A stretch of 64,000 bases of DNA from Candidatus Dojkabacteria bacterium UBA4813 (GTDB taxonomy: Bacteria; Patescibacteriota; Dojkabacteria; SC72), in the NCBI GenBank assembly GCA_002402455.1, contig DHFX01000001.1, positions 3,358 to 67,357 of the forward strand, in the 5' to 3' direction. This document shows positions 49,309-58,680 of the stretch, piece after piece. The notes under the pieces were generated by a model. That model ran no database searches, was not told the DNA's origin, and saw only the letters and a list, made by a program, of their open reading frames with translations. Each line of letters begins with the position of its first letter. Within the stretch, counting starts at the first letter, position 1. The position numbers were made by a program, and so were the translations under genes.

Positions 49309-49744
49309 TCTTCTCGCTTTTCATTTTACCTATCTCTTGTGCTATCTCTTCTCCATGGTCTCTAAGGTATTTTAATCTCTCTTCCCATTTTGTTTTGTCC
49401 CATACCTCTACCCAGTTCACAAGTCCGATAAATACAACCTCCTCTTTTAATCCTGCATGTTCTAGTAGTGATTGAGGAATTACAAACCTCCCTTGATTAT
49501 CAAGCTCTATCTCCTTTGCTCCTCCTACAAGAAATCTACTTGTATCTCTGATATCTTTATTTATAAAAGAGCCATTCATTACTTCTTGAGCTACTTTCTT
49601 CCACAACTTCTCATTAACTATTATTAACGCTTGTTCGTAGCCTCTTGTTAGTATTAGGTTTTCACCCAATATCTCTCTAAACTTTTTTGGAAGTGATACT
49701 CTTTTCTTTTTTCCTAGTGTACTTCTGTACTCTCCTATTAGCAT
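49301..49744 (-). CDS. mraZ: Division/cell wall cluster transcriptional regulator MraZ
   Basis: MLIGEY, LPKKFR, LDNQGRFVIP, VEVWD. Confidence 0.95.
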   Translation of the reverse strand: MLIGEYRSTLGKKKRVSLPKKFREILGENLILTRGYEQALIIVNEKLWKKVAQEVMNGSFINKDIRDTSRFLVGGAKEIELDNQGRFVIPQSLLEHAGLKEEVVFIGLVNWVEVWDKTKWEERLKYLRDHGEEIAQEIGKMKSEKNG

Positions 49745-49760
49745 ATTTTTACTATATCAT

Positions 49761-49790
49761 CTTTCACCACTTTTTACCACTTCGTGCCAC
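49761..49790 (-). promoter_or_regulatory. Three 10-bp-spaced GTGG boxes (probable MraZ operator)
   Basis: Plus strand ctttcaCCAC tttttaCCAC ttcgtgCCAC directly upstream of mraZ; matches the known GTGG-repeat MraZ sites. Confidence 0.8.
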
Positions 49791-49791
49791 T

Positions 49792-49820
49792 AATTTAACA
49801 TTAGAGGTCAATTAGGTCAA
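49792..49820 (-). promoter_or_regulatory. Sigma70-type promoter for the mraZ operon
   Basis: TTGACC (49815-49820), 17-nt spacer, TAAATT (49792-49797) preceded by TGT. Confidence 0.6.
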
Positions 49821-49945
49821 GTGAAGATAACTACAGGCTCAAATACAATTCTCTAGGCTATTAAGCTTTGCTAACGGAAAAAACTTATTGCAAATATTTT
49901 AAATAACCTTTATATTAAAGAAGGATTAAGTTGATGCAATAAGCT

Positions 49946-51331
49946 ATGAAGATAGAATTAAAAGAGATACAGAAGAGATTTCCGGAATTTGATATTCGTA
50001 ATTACAGAGAGGATGTTTATTTTACCGGTTTTAGTCATGATTCAAGAACTATAAAGAAAGGAGAGTTGTTTATCCCCATTGTCGGAGAGAATTTTGATGG
50101 GCATGAATTTATTTTGGAAGCTTTTGAAAATGGTGCTTCAGTAGCACTTTGTGATAAGAGTAAATACGATGCTGAGAGTATGAATGTTAATCTCCCTATT
50201 ATATTGGTTGACAGTATAGAGGAAGGATTGATGAAAGTTCTTAATTATTCCATATCTTACATAACAGCCCCGATAGTTGCTATCACCGGAAGTACTGGAA
50301 AGACAACAACTAAACAGATGTTGGTAACGATCTTTAAGCAACAGAAGAAAGTTTTGTATGGAAATAAATCTAATACCGTTTGGGGGAATGCAGTTATTCT
50401 CGGTCAATATGAGGATCATGAGGTGATTGTATTGGAATGTGGTATGGATAGAAAGGGTGAAATAGCATGGCATGTAAACTCTATAGATCCGGATTTAGGT
50501 ATTCTGTTAAACATAGGGCATGTTCATGCAGAGAAAGTCGGGAGTATAGAGGATATTTATCATGAGAAAAAGGATTTGGCAGATTATATGGAAAAGACAG
50601 GCAAACCGTTGGTATTAAATGTAGATGATGAGTGGTTGGCCAAGATAGAAAAAGAATATAACGAGGATTCCGAACTTATAACCTTTGGAACGAGAGAAAA
50701 TGTGGACTTCCAAATTGTGGATCCTAAGGTAGATAGTTTCGGTACTCACTTTGCATTCAAATATTATGACAACAAAATGGATGTGAACCTTAAAGTCTTT
50801 GGGGAGGGTTATGCCTATGATGCTATGGCGGCAATAATTGCGGCAAACAGATTAGGAGTACCAATAGATACCTGTATTAAGGGAGTTCAACTTTTTGAAA
50901 ATAGTGAAGGGAGATTTGAAACACTAGAATACAAAAATAATACCATAATTGTCAATGATGCTTATAACGCAAATCCCACATCCATGGATATGGCACTAAA
51001 AACATTTGATCGTCTTTATGGAGGTGCGGATTATTACAAAATAGTCATACTGGGAGATATGAGAGAGCTAGGAGAAGTCTCTGCTGAGAAACATAGGGAA
51101 CTTGGAGAGAAAGTTAAGAGCTACAATTTTGATGAGGTTTACTATGTCGGGCAGATGTTTGATGAATTTGGTGTAGGTGAGAGATTAGAATCAGCTGATG
51201 AGGTTGCTGCAATGCTGAATGTAAAATTAGAAACATTAAAGGAGAGAAAAGTTGCTATTCTTCTTAAGGCAAGTAACAGTATTTGTCTATATCTAGTTCC
51301 TGATTTCTTAAAGAAATTGGGAAGCGTATAG
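49946..51331 (+). CDS. murF: UDP-MurNAc-tripeptide--D-Ala-D-Ala ligase
   Basis: DSR, FDGHEF, ITGSTGKTTTK, ECGM, NDAYNANPTSM, LGDMRELG, KAS. Confidence 0.92.
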   Translation: MKIELKEIQKRFPEFDIRNYREDVYFTGFSHDSRTIKKGELFIPIVGENFDGHEFILEAFENGASVALCDKSKYDAESMNVNLPIILVDSIEEGLMKVLNYSISYITAPIVAITGSTGKTTTKQMLVTIFKQQKKVLYGNKSNTVWGNAVILGQYEDHEVIVLECGMDRKGEIAWHVNSIDPDLGILLNIGHVHAEKVGSIEDIYHEKKDLADYMEKTGKPLVLNVDDEWLAKIEKEYNEDSELITFGTRENVDFQIVDPKVDSFGTHFAFKYYDNKMDVNLKVFGEGYAYDAMAAIIAANRLGVPIDTCIKGVQLFENSEGRFETLEYKNNTIIVNDAYNANPTSMDMALKTFDRLYGGADYYKIVILGDMRELGEVSAEKHRELGEKVKSYNFDEVYYVGQMFDEFGVGERLESADEVAAMLNVKLETLKERKVAILLKASNSICLYLVPDFLKKLGSV

Positions 51332-51357
51332 AGAAACTATATATCTAAATGTTTTTA

Positions 51358-52650
51358 CTACTCTACCCACTCTAAATCTGCACCCAGAGCGTTTAAGTTT
51401 TCAATGAAGTTAGGGTGAGCCCTTTTTATACTGTCAGAATTTCTAATAACACTCTCCCCTTCTATTGTAAGTGCAACCATCAGTAATGCTACTGTTGCCC
51501 TTATAATATTGGGGGCATCTACAGTTGCTTCTCTTAGTGGTTTGTTACCGTAAACAATAATCCTGTGTGGGTCACACATAACAACATGTGCTCCGAATTT
51601 AATAAGTTCCGGAATCCAGAAGAAACCTCCTTCGTAAAGTTTGTTCCAGAACATTATTGATCCCTCGGATTTAACTGCAAGAGCTACCATTAAAGGTAGT
51701 AAATCTGCCGGAAAATATGGCCATGGTGCTGCCTCTAACTTCTGTAACATGTTTTTAGTGTAGGGCTGTAATATTTCAAGTTTTTGATTCTCTCTCACAA
51801 CAGCGGTATCTCCCTCATAGGCAATTTCTACGTTAAACTTTTTGAAAGTCTTTACTATTAAAGGAAAATGTTGTGGTTCGGATTCCTCTACTTTAATTTC
51901 TCCTCCTGTCATTGCACCCAAAGCAAGTAAGGTTGTGATTTCATGATGGTCTGAACTAATAGTAAAGTCTGCTCCATGTAATTTCCCCCCACCTTTAACA
52001 GTTAGTTTAGAGGTTCCTATTCCTTCGATTTCTGCTCCCATTTTAACCAACAAATTACATAGATCCTGAACATGCGGTTCGGATGCTGCATTAACCATTG
52101 TAGAGACCCCCTTGGCATAAACAGCCGCCATTACAAAGTTTTCTGTTGTTGTTACACTCATGTAATCTTGCCAGAGGAATCCACCTTTTAGTCCACCTCG
52201 TGTATCTATTTTAAGAGATCCGTTGGTAGCAATTTTAGCCCCAAGATTTTCCAAAACCTCCAAGTGAGGATCTAACTCTCTGATTCCAAGTGTGCATCCA
52301 CCTATTTCCTGAGTTACCTCAATATAACCGGCTCTTGCAATTAGTGGTCCTAGAAGTAAGATAGCCCCTCTCATTCCAAGAGGAAAATTCTCTTTTCCGA
52401 AATTTTTGTCAACAGAAGAGTTATTAATTTTAATAACCTTTTCTTCTTTATCCCATTCAATTTTTGATCCCATTGATATAAGCAATTCCACTAACTTATT
52501 TACATCTGTTAAATCCGGGAAGTTTCTGAGTATTACATCGTCATCCGTAAGCAAAGTTGCACATAAAGCCGGAAGCGCAGAATTTTTGTTTCCTGCAGGG
52601 GTAAGTGTGCCACTTAATTTATTTCCTCCTCGTACTATTAAGTCTGCCAT
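51358..52650 (-). CDS. murA: UDP-N-acetylglucosamine 1-carboxyvinyltransferase
   Basis: GNKNSALP, GGCTLGIR (active-site Cys), SVTTTEN, NAASEPHV, PWPYFPAD. Confidence 0.93.
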   Translation of the reverse strand: MADLIVRGGNKLSGTLTPAGNKNSALPALCATLLTDDDVILRNFPDLTDVNKLVELLISMGSKIEWDKEEKVIKINNSSVDKNFGKENFPLGMRGAILLLGPLIARAGYIEVTQEIGGCTLGIRELDPHLEVLENLGAKIATNGSLKIDTRGGLKGGFLWQDYMSVTTTENFVMAAVYAKGVSTMVNAASEPHVQDLCNLLVKMGAEIEGIGTSKLTVKGGGKLHGADFTISSDHHEITTLLALGAMTGGEIKVEESEPQHFPLIVKTFKKFNVEIAYEGDTAVVRENQKLEILQPYTKNMLQKLEAAPWPYFPADLLPLMVALAVKSEGSIMFWNKLYEGGFFWIPELIKFGAHVVMCDPHRIIVYGNKPLREATVDAPNIIRATVALLMVALTIEGESVIRNSDSIKRAHPNFIENLNALGADLEWVE

Positions 52651-52677
52651 TTTAAGTTAAAATAAACTTAATTACCT

Positions 52678-53859
52678 TCATATTCCAATCTCTTTTAGTA
52701 TTTTTTCTTGAGCATTTCTTACGAAGATATTTTCAATTTCTGAAGGATCATAATTTTTCTCCTTTTCGTAAAATCTTCTCATTTTTAATACTAAATTCTC
52801 CGGAGTCAATTCCCCTTCGTTTAATATTTCTGCAAGACCGAGTCTTTGTAAGATTTTAGCATTTTCTTCCTGTTCATTGTGTGTTACCCAGGGGATAGGG
52901 ATAAATATTGATGGTATTTGTAAAACTCCCATCTCGTAAACGGTATTAGCTCCGGATCTTCCTACAAAAAAATCTATATTATTCAAAACAAAACCAATTT
53001 CGTTATTTTCAATATATTTAACTGGGAAAAAGCGATCTCTAAGATTTAGGCTAAGTTTCTTTTTCTCTTTTACTAAAAGTTCAAAGTCGCTAAATTCTTT
53101 GTTATCTCCTGTTTGAAGGATTATTTGAAAATCTTGTAATAGGGACGGCAGTGCCTCTTTGACTGTTCTGTTTAGTATGTGTGATCCAAGGCTTCCACCG
53201 GAGATGTAGACTATCGGGAGGTCTTCCTGCAAAATAAGCATTTTTTTTAATGCTTCTGCTACATTTCCTTTGCAACTTTTGGAAAATATTTCCGGTCTTA
53301 TTAAATTTCCTGTGTGGATCGTTTTTCCCTTAGGAAAGTATTTCTTTGAAGAAGGAAAGGCAACAAAGATTTTTTCACAGTATCTAGATACAATTTTATT
53401 AGATAATCCGACGGTTGCGGTTTGTTCATGCAGATAGATTTTACTGCCCAACATCTTCGCAGTAAGGCAAACAGGAACGGAAACAAACCCACCTGTAGAG
53501 AGGACAATGTCCGGTTTGAAATCTCTCAGAATTTTACATGAGTCTATAAAGCCAAGAAATGTCCTTAGTAAAAGGAAAATCCCGTGGATAGAGAAACTCC
53601 TTTGGAGTTTTCCTGCTCTAATATATTTTTTGTTGAAAGATTCGTTGGCAAAGATTTTTTGTTCTAGTGAATTCCCCGGTTTTTCATTTGTCATTCCTAA
53701 GTCTCCCCCTATGTAGAGGAAGTTGTTATTATTGATTTCGTAATTGTTTTTTAGTGTAGAGATTATTGCAGAAGCTGTGGAAATATGTCCTCCGGATCCC
53801 CCTCCGGTTACCACGATTTTTGTTTTTAGCCGTATTTTCTCTATTTCACTATTTTCCAT
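52678..53859 (-). CDS. murG: Lipid II GlcNAc transferase MurG
   Basis: TGGGSGGH, GGFVSVP, HEQ, GGSLGS, RSGANTVYE, QEENA. Confidence 0.93.
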   Translation of the reverse strand: MENSEIEKIRLKTKIVVTGGGSGGHISTASAIISTLKNNYEINNNNFLYIGGDLGMTNEKPGNSLEQKIFANESFNKKYIRAGKLQRSFSIHGIFLLLRTFLGFIDSCKILRDFKPDIVLSTGGFVSVPVCLTAKMLGSKIYLHEQTATVGLSNKIVSRYCEKIFVAFPSSKKYFPKGKTIHTGNLIRPEIFSKSCKGNVAEALKKMLILQEDLPIVYISGGSLGSHILNRTVKEALPSLLQDFQIILQTGDNKEFSDFELLVKEKKKLSLNLRDRFFPVKYIENNEIGFVLNNIDFFVGRSGANTVYEMGVLQIPSIFIPIPWVTHNEQEENAKILQRLGLAEILNEGELTPENLVLKMRRFYEKEKNYDPSEIENIFVRNAQEKILKEIGI

Positions 53860-55039
53860 TTGTTGTGTATTTACTTATATTGAGTAGTATAGCAATTCCG
53901 GCTAGTGTTACGATAGTGCTAGATCCTCCGTATGTTAAGAAAGGATTTGGTATTCCTGTTAGTGGAATGAGGCCAACATTTGCAGCCATGTTCATAAGTG
54001 CTTGCAAAACAAGCCATATTGTTATTCCTGCAGCGAGTAATTGGCCTTGTTTGTCCGGAGCGTTGATAGCTATTTTAAGACCTCTCCATAAAAAGAATAC
54101 CCAAGAGAGGATAATTACTGTCCCTCCAAGTAGTCCCAATTCCTCTAGAATTACTGCAAACAGGGAGTCTGTGAAGGCAGTATTTTCAACTAGATAGCCA
54201 AATCTCTGTCGTGATTGCCCAAATCCTTTTCCAAGGATTCCTCCTGAACCAATTCCTATTAGAATTTGCTGCATTTGGTAACCGGCTCCTCTAGGATCTG
54301 AGACTTCTCCTGTAAAAAGGAGTGAAAAATATGTTTTAACTCTTTGTAATCTGTACGGTTCTAGGATTGCAGCGGCAACTCCTAGTAGAAATAACAGGGC
54401 AAGAACGGAAAGAGATCCGATTGTGTGTGCTTTACTTCCTCCTGCGATTAAGAACATGATGTAGGATGTAGCACATATAATAATCGTAGTTCCCAAATCC
54501 GGTTCGAGTATTATTAAGAAGGCGACAATCCCTAAGATTGCAACGAAACTCAGTAATTCATTCCATAATCCGTTGTTAAATGCCTCTTTTAAGTTTTTGT
54601 AGTCGTAATTTTTTTTAGCAAGCCAAGAGGAGAGGTACATTATGAGGGCAACCTTAGCAAACTCTGCAGGTTGTATATCTATCGGTCCGATGGCTATCCA
54701 TCTGGTTGCTCCGTTTACTTCTTTCCCCAAAAGTAATACTGCAAGAAGTAAACCTATTGTTACAATGAGCAAAGGTAAAGAAAGTTTAAGAAACTTTCTG
54801 TAGTCCCAGAAATAGATTAGGAATGCAGGGACTAGCCCAATTATTAGCCAAATAATCTGTTGTCTTAGGAAATAAAATTGATCCCCCCACTCTGCTGTTG
54901 CTCTATAAACACTTGCATCAAAAATCATTATTGCTCCAAATATTGCCATTAGGATGGCAAAGTAAAGGATTGTTTTATCGGGTTTATGCTTTGTTAGTGA
55001 AGATCTCTTTTTTCGATCTGATTTGTTTTCTCTCGACAT
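53849..55039 (-). CDS. ftsW: SEDS peptidoglycan polymerase FtsW
   Basis: NGATRWI, IQPAEFAK, EPDLGT, GSGGILGKG, EELG, PLTGIPNPFLTYGGSS. Confidence 0.93.
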   Translation of the reverse strand: MSRENKSDRKKRSSLTKHKPDKTILYFAILMAIFGAIMIFDASVYRATAEWGDQFYFLRQQIIWLIIGLVPAFLIYFWDYRKFLKLSLPLLIVTIGLLLAVLLLGKEVNGATRWIAIGPIDIQPAEFAKVALIMYLSSWLAKKNYDYKNLKEAFNNGLWNELLSFVAILGIVAFLIILEPDLGTTIIICATSYIMFLIAGGSKAHTIGSLSVLALLFLLGVAAAILEPYRLQRVKTYFSLLFTGEVSDPRGAGYQMQQILIGIGSGGILGKGFGQSRQRFGYLVENTAFTDSLFAVILEELGLLGGTVIILSWVFFLWRGLKIAINAPDKQGQLLAAGITIWLVLQALMNMAANVGLIPLTGIPNPFLTYGGSSTIVTLAGIAILLNISKYTTNGK

Positions 55040-55069
55040 AATATGATTATTAATATACTATATTAACAT

Positions 55070-55690
55070 ATGGAGAGAAAGGAGAGAGAAAGTTCTAAGG
55101 GGTATCTTCTTGTGGTTGGTGGCCCAGGAGGTTCGGGATGTTCCGTAATTTCCAGAATGCTTGCAAAACATTTTAATCTCAGGTTGGTTTACGCAGGGAA
55201 ATTCTTTAGGGATGCTGTTAAGAAAAGGGGGTATGAGGATTTTGAGGATTTTTATACTGGTAGTAATAAGGAGAGTCTTTTAGATATTGACCGTGAGGTG
55301 GACAGGTACCTTATTCAGGAATCAAATGGAAAGGATTTAATATTTGACTCAAAAGCATTTGCAGGAATCTCACATATTAAGGATATTCCGTGTACTGTAA
55401 AAATCTGGTTAACGGCTTCTTTGCATGTTAGAACACTGAGGCATATGGGCAAGCAGGATCTAACAGGAAAGGGCTTTTTAAAGAAGTTTGTAATTTACAT
55501 AAAGGAAAGAAGGAATCTGAAGAAAAGGTGGAGATCAGATAAAGAGAGATACCTTAAGTTGTACGGTATAGATTACGCTAAACCGCAGTTATATAATGAT
55601 ATTGTTATTGACTCTTCCCACATCAATGAGGAGGAGACATTTAATTTAATTTTAAAGAAGTTAGAGAATGGACAATATCTTAAAAAATAA
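55070..55690 (+). CDS. Archaeal-type cytidylate kinase-like protein with altered P-loop
   Basis: GGPGGSGCS, AGKFFR, IDREVD, IWLTASLHVR, RYLKLYGID, DIVIDSS. Confidence 0.75.
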   Translation: MERKERESSKGYLLVVGGPGGSGCSVISRMLAKHFNLRLVYAGKFFRDAVKKRGYEDFEDFYTGSNKESLLDIDREVDRYLIQESNGKDLIFDSKAFAGISHIKDIPCTVKIWLTASLHVRTLRHMGKQDLTGKGFLKKFVIYIKERRNLKKRWRSDKERYLKLYGIDYAKPQLYNDIVIDSSHINEEETFNLILKKLENGQYLKK

Positions 55691-55907
55691 TGAAAGAGAT
55701 CCTAATCAGAATTCCCAAGATGAGGAGTCGATTGCTGCACAGAAGTTGGGTTATGACTTAAGTCAAGCTCCACCTGAGGATTTAGATACTCGTTGGCTTA
55801 GATGGAAATGCATGGTTTGTGGGTATGTTTATGAAGGGGTTGTTCCATTGAAAGTTTGTCCTAAGTGTGGTAATGAGGATCCGGATAAGTTCCAAGAGGT
55901 GGATTAA
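55668..55907 (+). CDS. Small rubredoxin-like domain protein
   Basis: WKCMVCGYVYEG...VCPKCG. Confidence 0.85.
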   Translation: MDNILKNNERDPNQNSQDEESIAAQKLGYDLSQAPPEDLDTRWLRWKCMVCGYVYEGVVPLKVCPKCGNEDPDKFQEVD

Positions 55908-55934
55908 TATTAGTAAAGATTTTGTATATTAAAC

Positions 55935-55951
55935 GACCTAGGAAATAGGTC
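55935..55951. terminator. Possible weak hairpin between convergent genes
   Basis: GACCTA-ggaaa-TAGGTC; no strong U-tract. Confidence 0.3.
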
Positions 55952-55976
55952 TCTAGTGTTAGCTCTGTACTCTTAG

Positions 55977-56234
55977 CTATCTTTCACTAATAAATTCGAA
56001 TCTATTCACTATTGTACCATCTTCTAATTCTTTTGTTCCCATAAAATCTTCAAGTGATCTTACCCATGCTTTAGTTTCGCTTTCTTCTTTGTAATACAAT
56101 GGTATATATACTACTACATCTTCTTCTGTCTCTGAGTCTTTTGCTAGCACAAGAGCCAGGTACATTCCTCCTTTGAAGTGTCTGTATACTCCCGGAATGA
56201 ATTTTCTTTCTTCGGGTCTCTTCTCTATTTCCAT
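55977..56234 (-). CDS. DUF1653 family protein
   Basis: GVYRHFKGGMY...DSETEEDVVVY...WVR...F...RF. Confidence 0.9.
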   Translation of the reverse strand: MEIEKRPEERKFIPGVYRHFKGGMYLALVLAKDSETEEDVVVYIPLYYKEESETKAWVRSLEDFMGTKELEDGTIVNRFEFISER

Positions 56235-56286
56235 GAATAGTATTTATAAATTTATTTATTGGGTATGATACACAAATTCCTTAAAA

Positions 56287-56373
56287 TGGTGCCGGGAGAG
56301 GGAATCGAACCCTCACTCTATTTCTAGAACGGGATTTTAAGTCCCGCGCGTCTGCCTATTCCGCCATCCCGGC
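56287..56373 (-). tRNA. tRNA-Leu(TAA), CCA encoded
   Basis: GCCGGGATGGCGGAATAGGCAGACGCG-CGGGA-CT-TAA-AA-TCCCG, long variable arm, GGTTCGATTCCC...GGCACCA. Confidence 0.97.
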
Positions 56374-56438
56374 TAAGATTGTGCTATTTTAATTCAAATA
56401 GGGATATTTTTCAATTAATTCTTTGTGGAAATTGAGTC

Positions 56439-56511
56439 AGGTGACGACGGGACTCGAACCCGTGATAGTGGTTTTGCAGACCACGGCCTTAACCAGCTTG
56501 GCTACGTCACC
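56439..56511 (-). tRNA. tRNA-Cys(GCA), CCA not encoded
   Basis: GGTGACGTAGCCAAGCTGGTTAAGGCC-GTGGT-CT-GCA-AA-ACCAC-TATCACGGGTTCGAGTCCCGTCGTCACCT (U discriminator). Confidence 0.97.
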
Positions 56512-56512
56512 A

Positions 56513-57916
56513 TTATTGGTTCAATATGTCTTTTATGGTGGTAATCTCAAGGATTATGTCACTATCCTTGTTTTTTATTGAACTGCCACTAATAATAGCA
56601 ATTTTGTCACCTAAATCCAACTCTCCATGAGTATAAATCGTTTGTATGGCAAGCAATGTACTTTCATCCCTGTCATCTGGAAGATCCTTGATGTGATAGG
56701 TCTTCACACCTCTATATAGAAGGTCTTGCCTTATTCTGGATATAGAGGAACTAATGGACCATATAGGAACATTCGGTCTGTGTCTTGTTATACTACCAAT
56801 GGTATCCTCTTGGTCTGAAATAACTACAATCCCTTTTAAAGGAATACTCTCGGATAGAACTGCAACACTTCTGCAAATCTCATCTACTTCTCTACTGCAG
56901 GACGTTCTTCCGTATATTGTTGTTAGTTGCATAACATTTTCTGTGTTCTTTGCAATCTCTGCCATTGTTTTAACAGCTTGTATAGGGTTCTTTCCTGTAG
57001 AGGTTTCTGCGGATAACATTAAGGTGTCAGCTCCGTCCATAACGGCATTTGCAACATCTGAAACTTCTGCTCTCGTCGGGTTTGTATTCTCTCGCATAGA
57101 TTCAAGCATCTGAGTAGCGACAATGACTGGTTTACCCACAGAACGACACTTGAAGATCATTTGCTTTTGTATTATGGGAATATTTTCTAAAGGAGTTTCA
57201 ACACCTAAATCCCCTCTTGCAATCATTATCCCGTCGGTCTTTTCAAGAATCTCGTCGAAATTCTCCAGACCGGTTCTGTTTTCTATTTTTGCAATTATCT
57301 TAATGTTTGTGCCCTTTATTAACTCTTGAGCATAGAGAATATCCTGAGCATTTCTTACAAAAGAAACACAGATGAAATCTAGTTTGTTTTCAATAGCAGT
57401 TCTAATATCTTCCTCATCCTTCTCTGTAAAAACAGGGAAATTAAGATCTATCTCCGGAATATTTACTGTTTTATTCGGTTTGAGAATACCAGGTTGAAGT
57501 ACGTTACAGATAATTTCAGAACCTTTAATATCTTCAACTGTTAGTTCAATAGTACCATCGTCAAGAAAAATTTTAGTATTTCTTGTTATTGTATTATGTA
57601 AGTCAGGATAAGAGATCTTTATGCTATTGGAGACTGACTGGTTTGCAGATGAAAGTGAGACTTTTCCTTCAACCCGGATCTCTTTGTTAACATCCACAAC
57701 TCTCAACTTTGTTCCTTGAGTGTCCAGCATAATTGCAATTCTCGGGGATACTTCTCTTAATGTCTTTGTTACCCTCTCAATCTCATTTTGATTCGCAAAG
57801 GAGGCATTTATTCTTGCAATTTCCATCCCGTTATCATACATCTCTTCGATAGTATTCTTATCCCATGAAGAAGGTCCTATTGTTGCTATTATTTTTGTTT
57901 TAGAAAAATTTCTCAT
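56513..57916 (-). CDS. pyk: Pyruvate kinase
   Basis: TKIIATIGP, IAKIE, ARGDLGVE, ATQMLESM, PTRAEVSD. Confidence 0.96.
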   Translation of the reverse strand: MRNFSKTKIIATIGPSSWDKNTIEEMYDNGMEIARINASFANQNEIERVTKTLREVSPRIAIMLDTQGTKLRVVDVNKEIRVEGKVSLSSANQSVSNSIKISYPDLHNTITRNTKIFLDDGTIELTVEDIKGSEIICNVLQPGILKPNKTVNIPEIDLNFPVFTEKDEEDIRTAIENKLDFICVSFVRNAQDILYAQELIKGTNIKIIAKIENRTGLENFDEILEKTDGIMIARGDLGVETPLENIPIIQKQMIFKCRSVGKPVIVATQMLESMRENTNPTRAEVSDVANAVMDGADTLMLSAETSTGKNPIQAVKTMAEIAKNTENVMQLTTIYGRTSCSREVDEICRSVAVLSESIPLKGIVVISDQEDTIGSITRHRPNVPIWSISSSISRIRQDLLYRGVKTYHIKDLPDDRDESTLLAIQTIYTHGELDLGDKIAIISGSSIKNKDSDIILEITTIKDILNQ

Positions 57917-57989
57917 ATGGGCAGATGTCTTTGAAAGTATAGCATACGAATTTGTAGAGATACATATCTCTTTATGATATATTAATACT

Positions 57990-58400
57990 ATGAAAGAAGT
58001 ACTAAGGTCTCTGTTTGTATATACATTAATTTTGTTTTTTGTTTTTAACTTTTTCTCTAAGTCACTTATATTGCCAGAGAGTAGCTCCTATTTAATACTA
58101 ACCGTACTGATACTGAGTTTTACGGTAATGATCTCTTGTCCCCTTCTTGAATTTTTAACCATCAAATGCAACTTTTTAACCTTTTTTCTAATGACTACCC
58201 TTCTTTTAGTGGGGATTGTTCATCTGTTGAAATTGTTTATGGTTGGGTTTTATATAGAATCATATATGTTTGAAGGCCTAAACATCGGAGAGTTGCAAAT
58301 ATCTGAATTTGAGGTAACACCGATAATTTCAATTGTATTTTTTTCTGTTCTTTCATCACTGCTATGTTCTATATACAGGGTCTTGGATTCTTCCAAATAA
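57990..58400 (+). CDS. 4-TM membrane protein (YvlD / 4-TMS holin-like family)
   Basis: 136 aa with four hydrophobic segments; PLLEFLTIKCNFLTF resembles the P.l..l..P...lT.G pattern; upstream of secG. Confidence 0.55.
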   Translation: MKEVLRSLFVYTLILFFVFNFFSKSLILPESSSYLILTVLILSFTVMISCPLLEFLTIKCNFLTFFLMTTLLLVGIVHLLKLFMVGFYIESYMFEGLNIGELQISEFEVTPIISIVFFSVLSSLLCSIYRVLDSSK

Positions 58401-58449
58401 CAAATAAATTGTTTCTCTAAAAACAAATTAAATTGATGTATAATACGGT

Positions 58450-58680
58450 ATGGACAATTTAACAAAAACACTTTTAATATCACAGATTATTGTTTGTGGT
58501 CTGCTTGTGGTCAGTATTTTGCTTCAAAATAGAGCTGAAGGGTTAGGTAAAATGTTTGGAGGTGGTGGTGAGGTTTTTAGAACAAAGAGGGGCTTGGAAA
58601 AATTTCTTTACTACTTCACAATTTTTTTAATAGCTGTTTTGGTTTTCCTTTCTTTAGCGATACTTAAGTATGCCAAATAA
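58450..58680 (+). CDS. secG: Preprotein translocase subunit SecG
   Basis: ILLQ...GLG.MFGGGG...RTKRGLEKFL. Confidence 0.95.
   Translation: MDNLTKTLLISQIIVCGLLVVSILLQNRAEGLGKMFGGGGEVFRTKRGLEKFLYYFTIFLIAVLVFLSLAILKYAK

Noticed and set aside
57990-58400. Prophage suggested by a holin-like gene
   Set aside because: No phage genes are nearby, and this 4-TM family is a common chromosomal membrane protein
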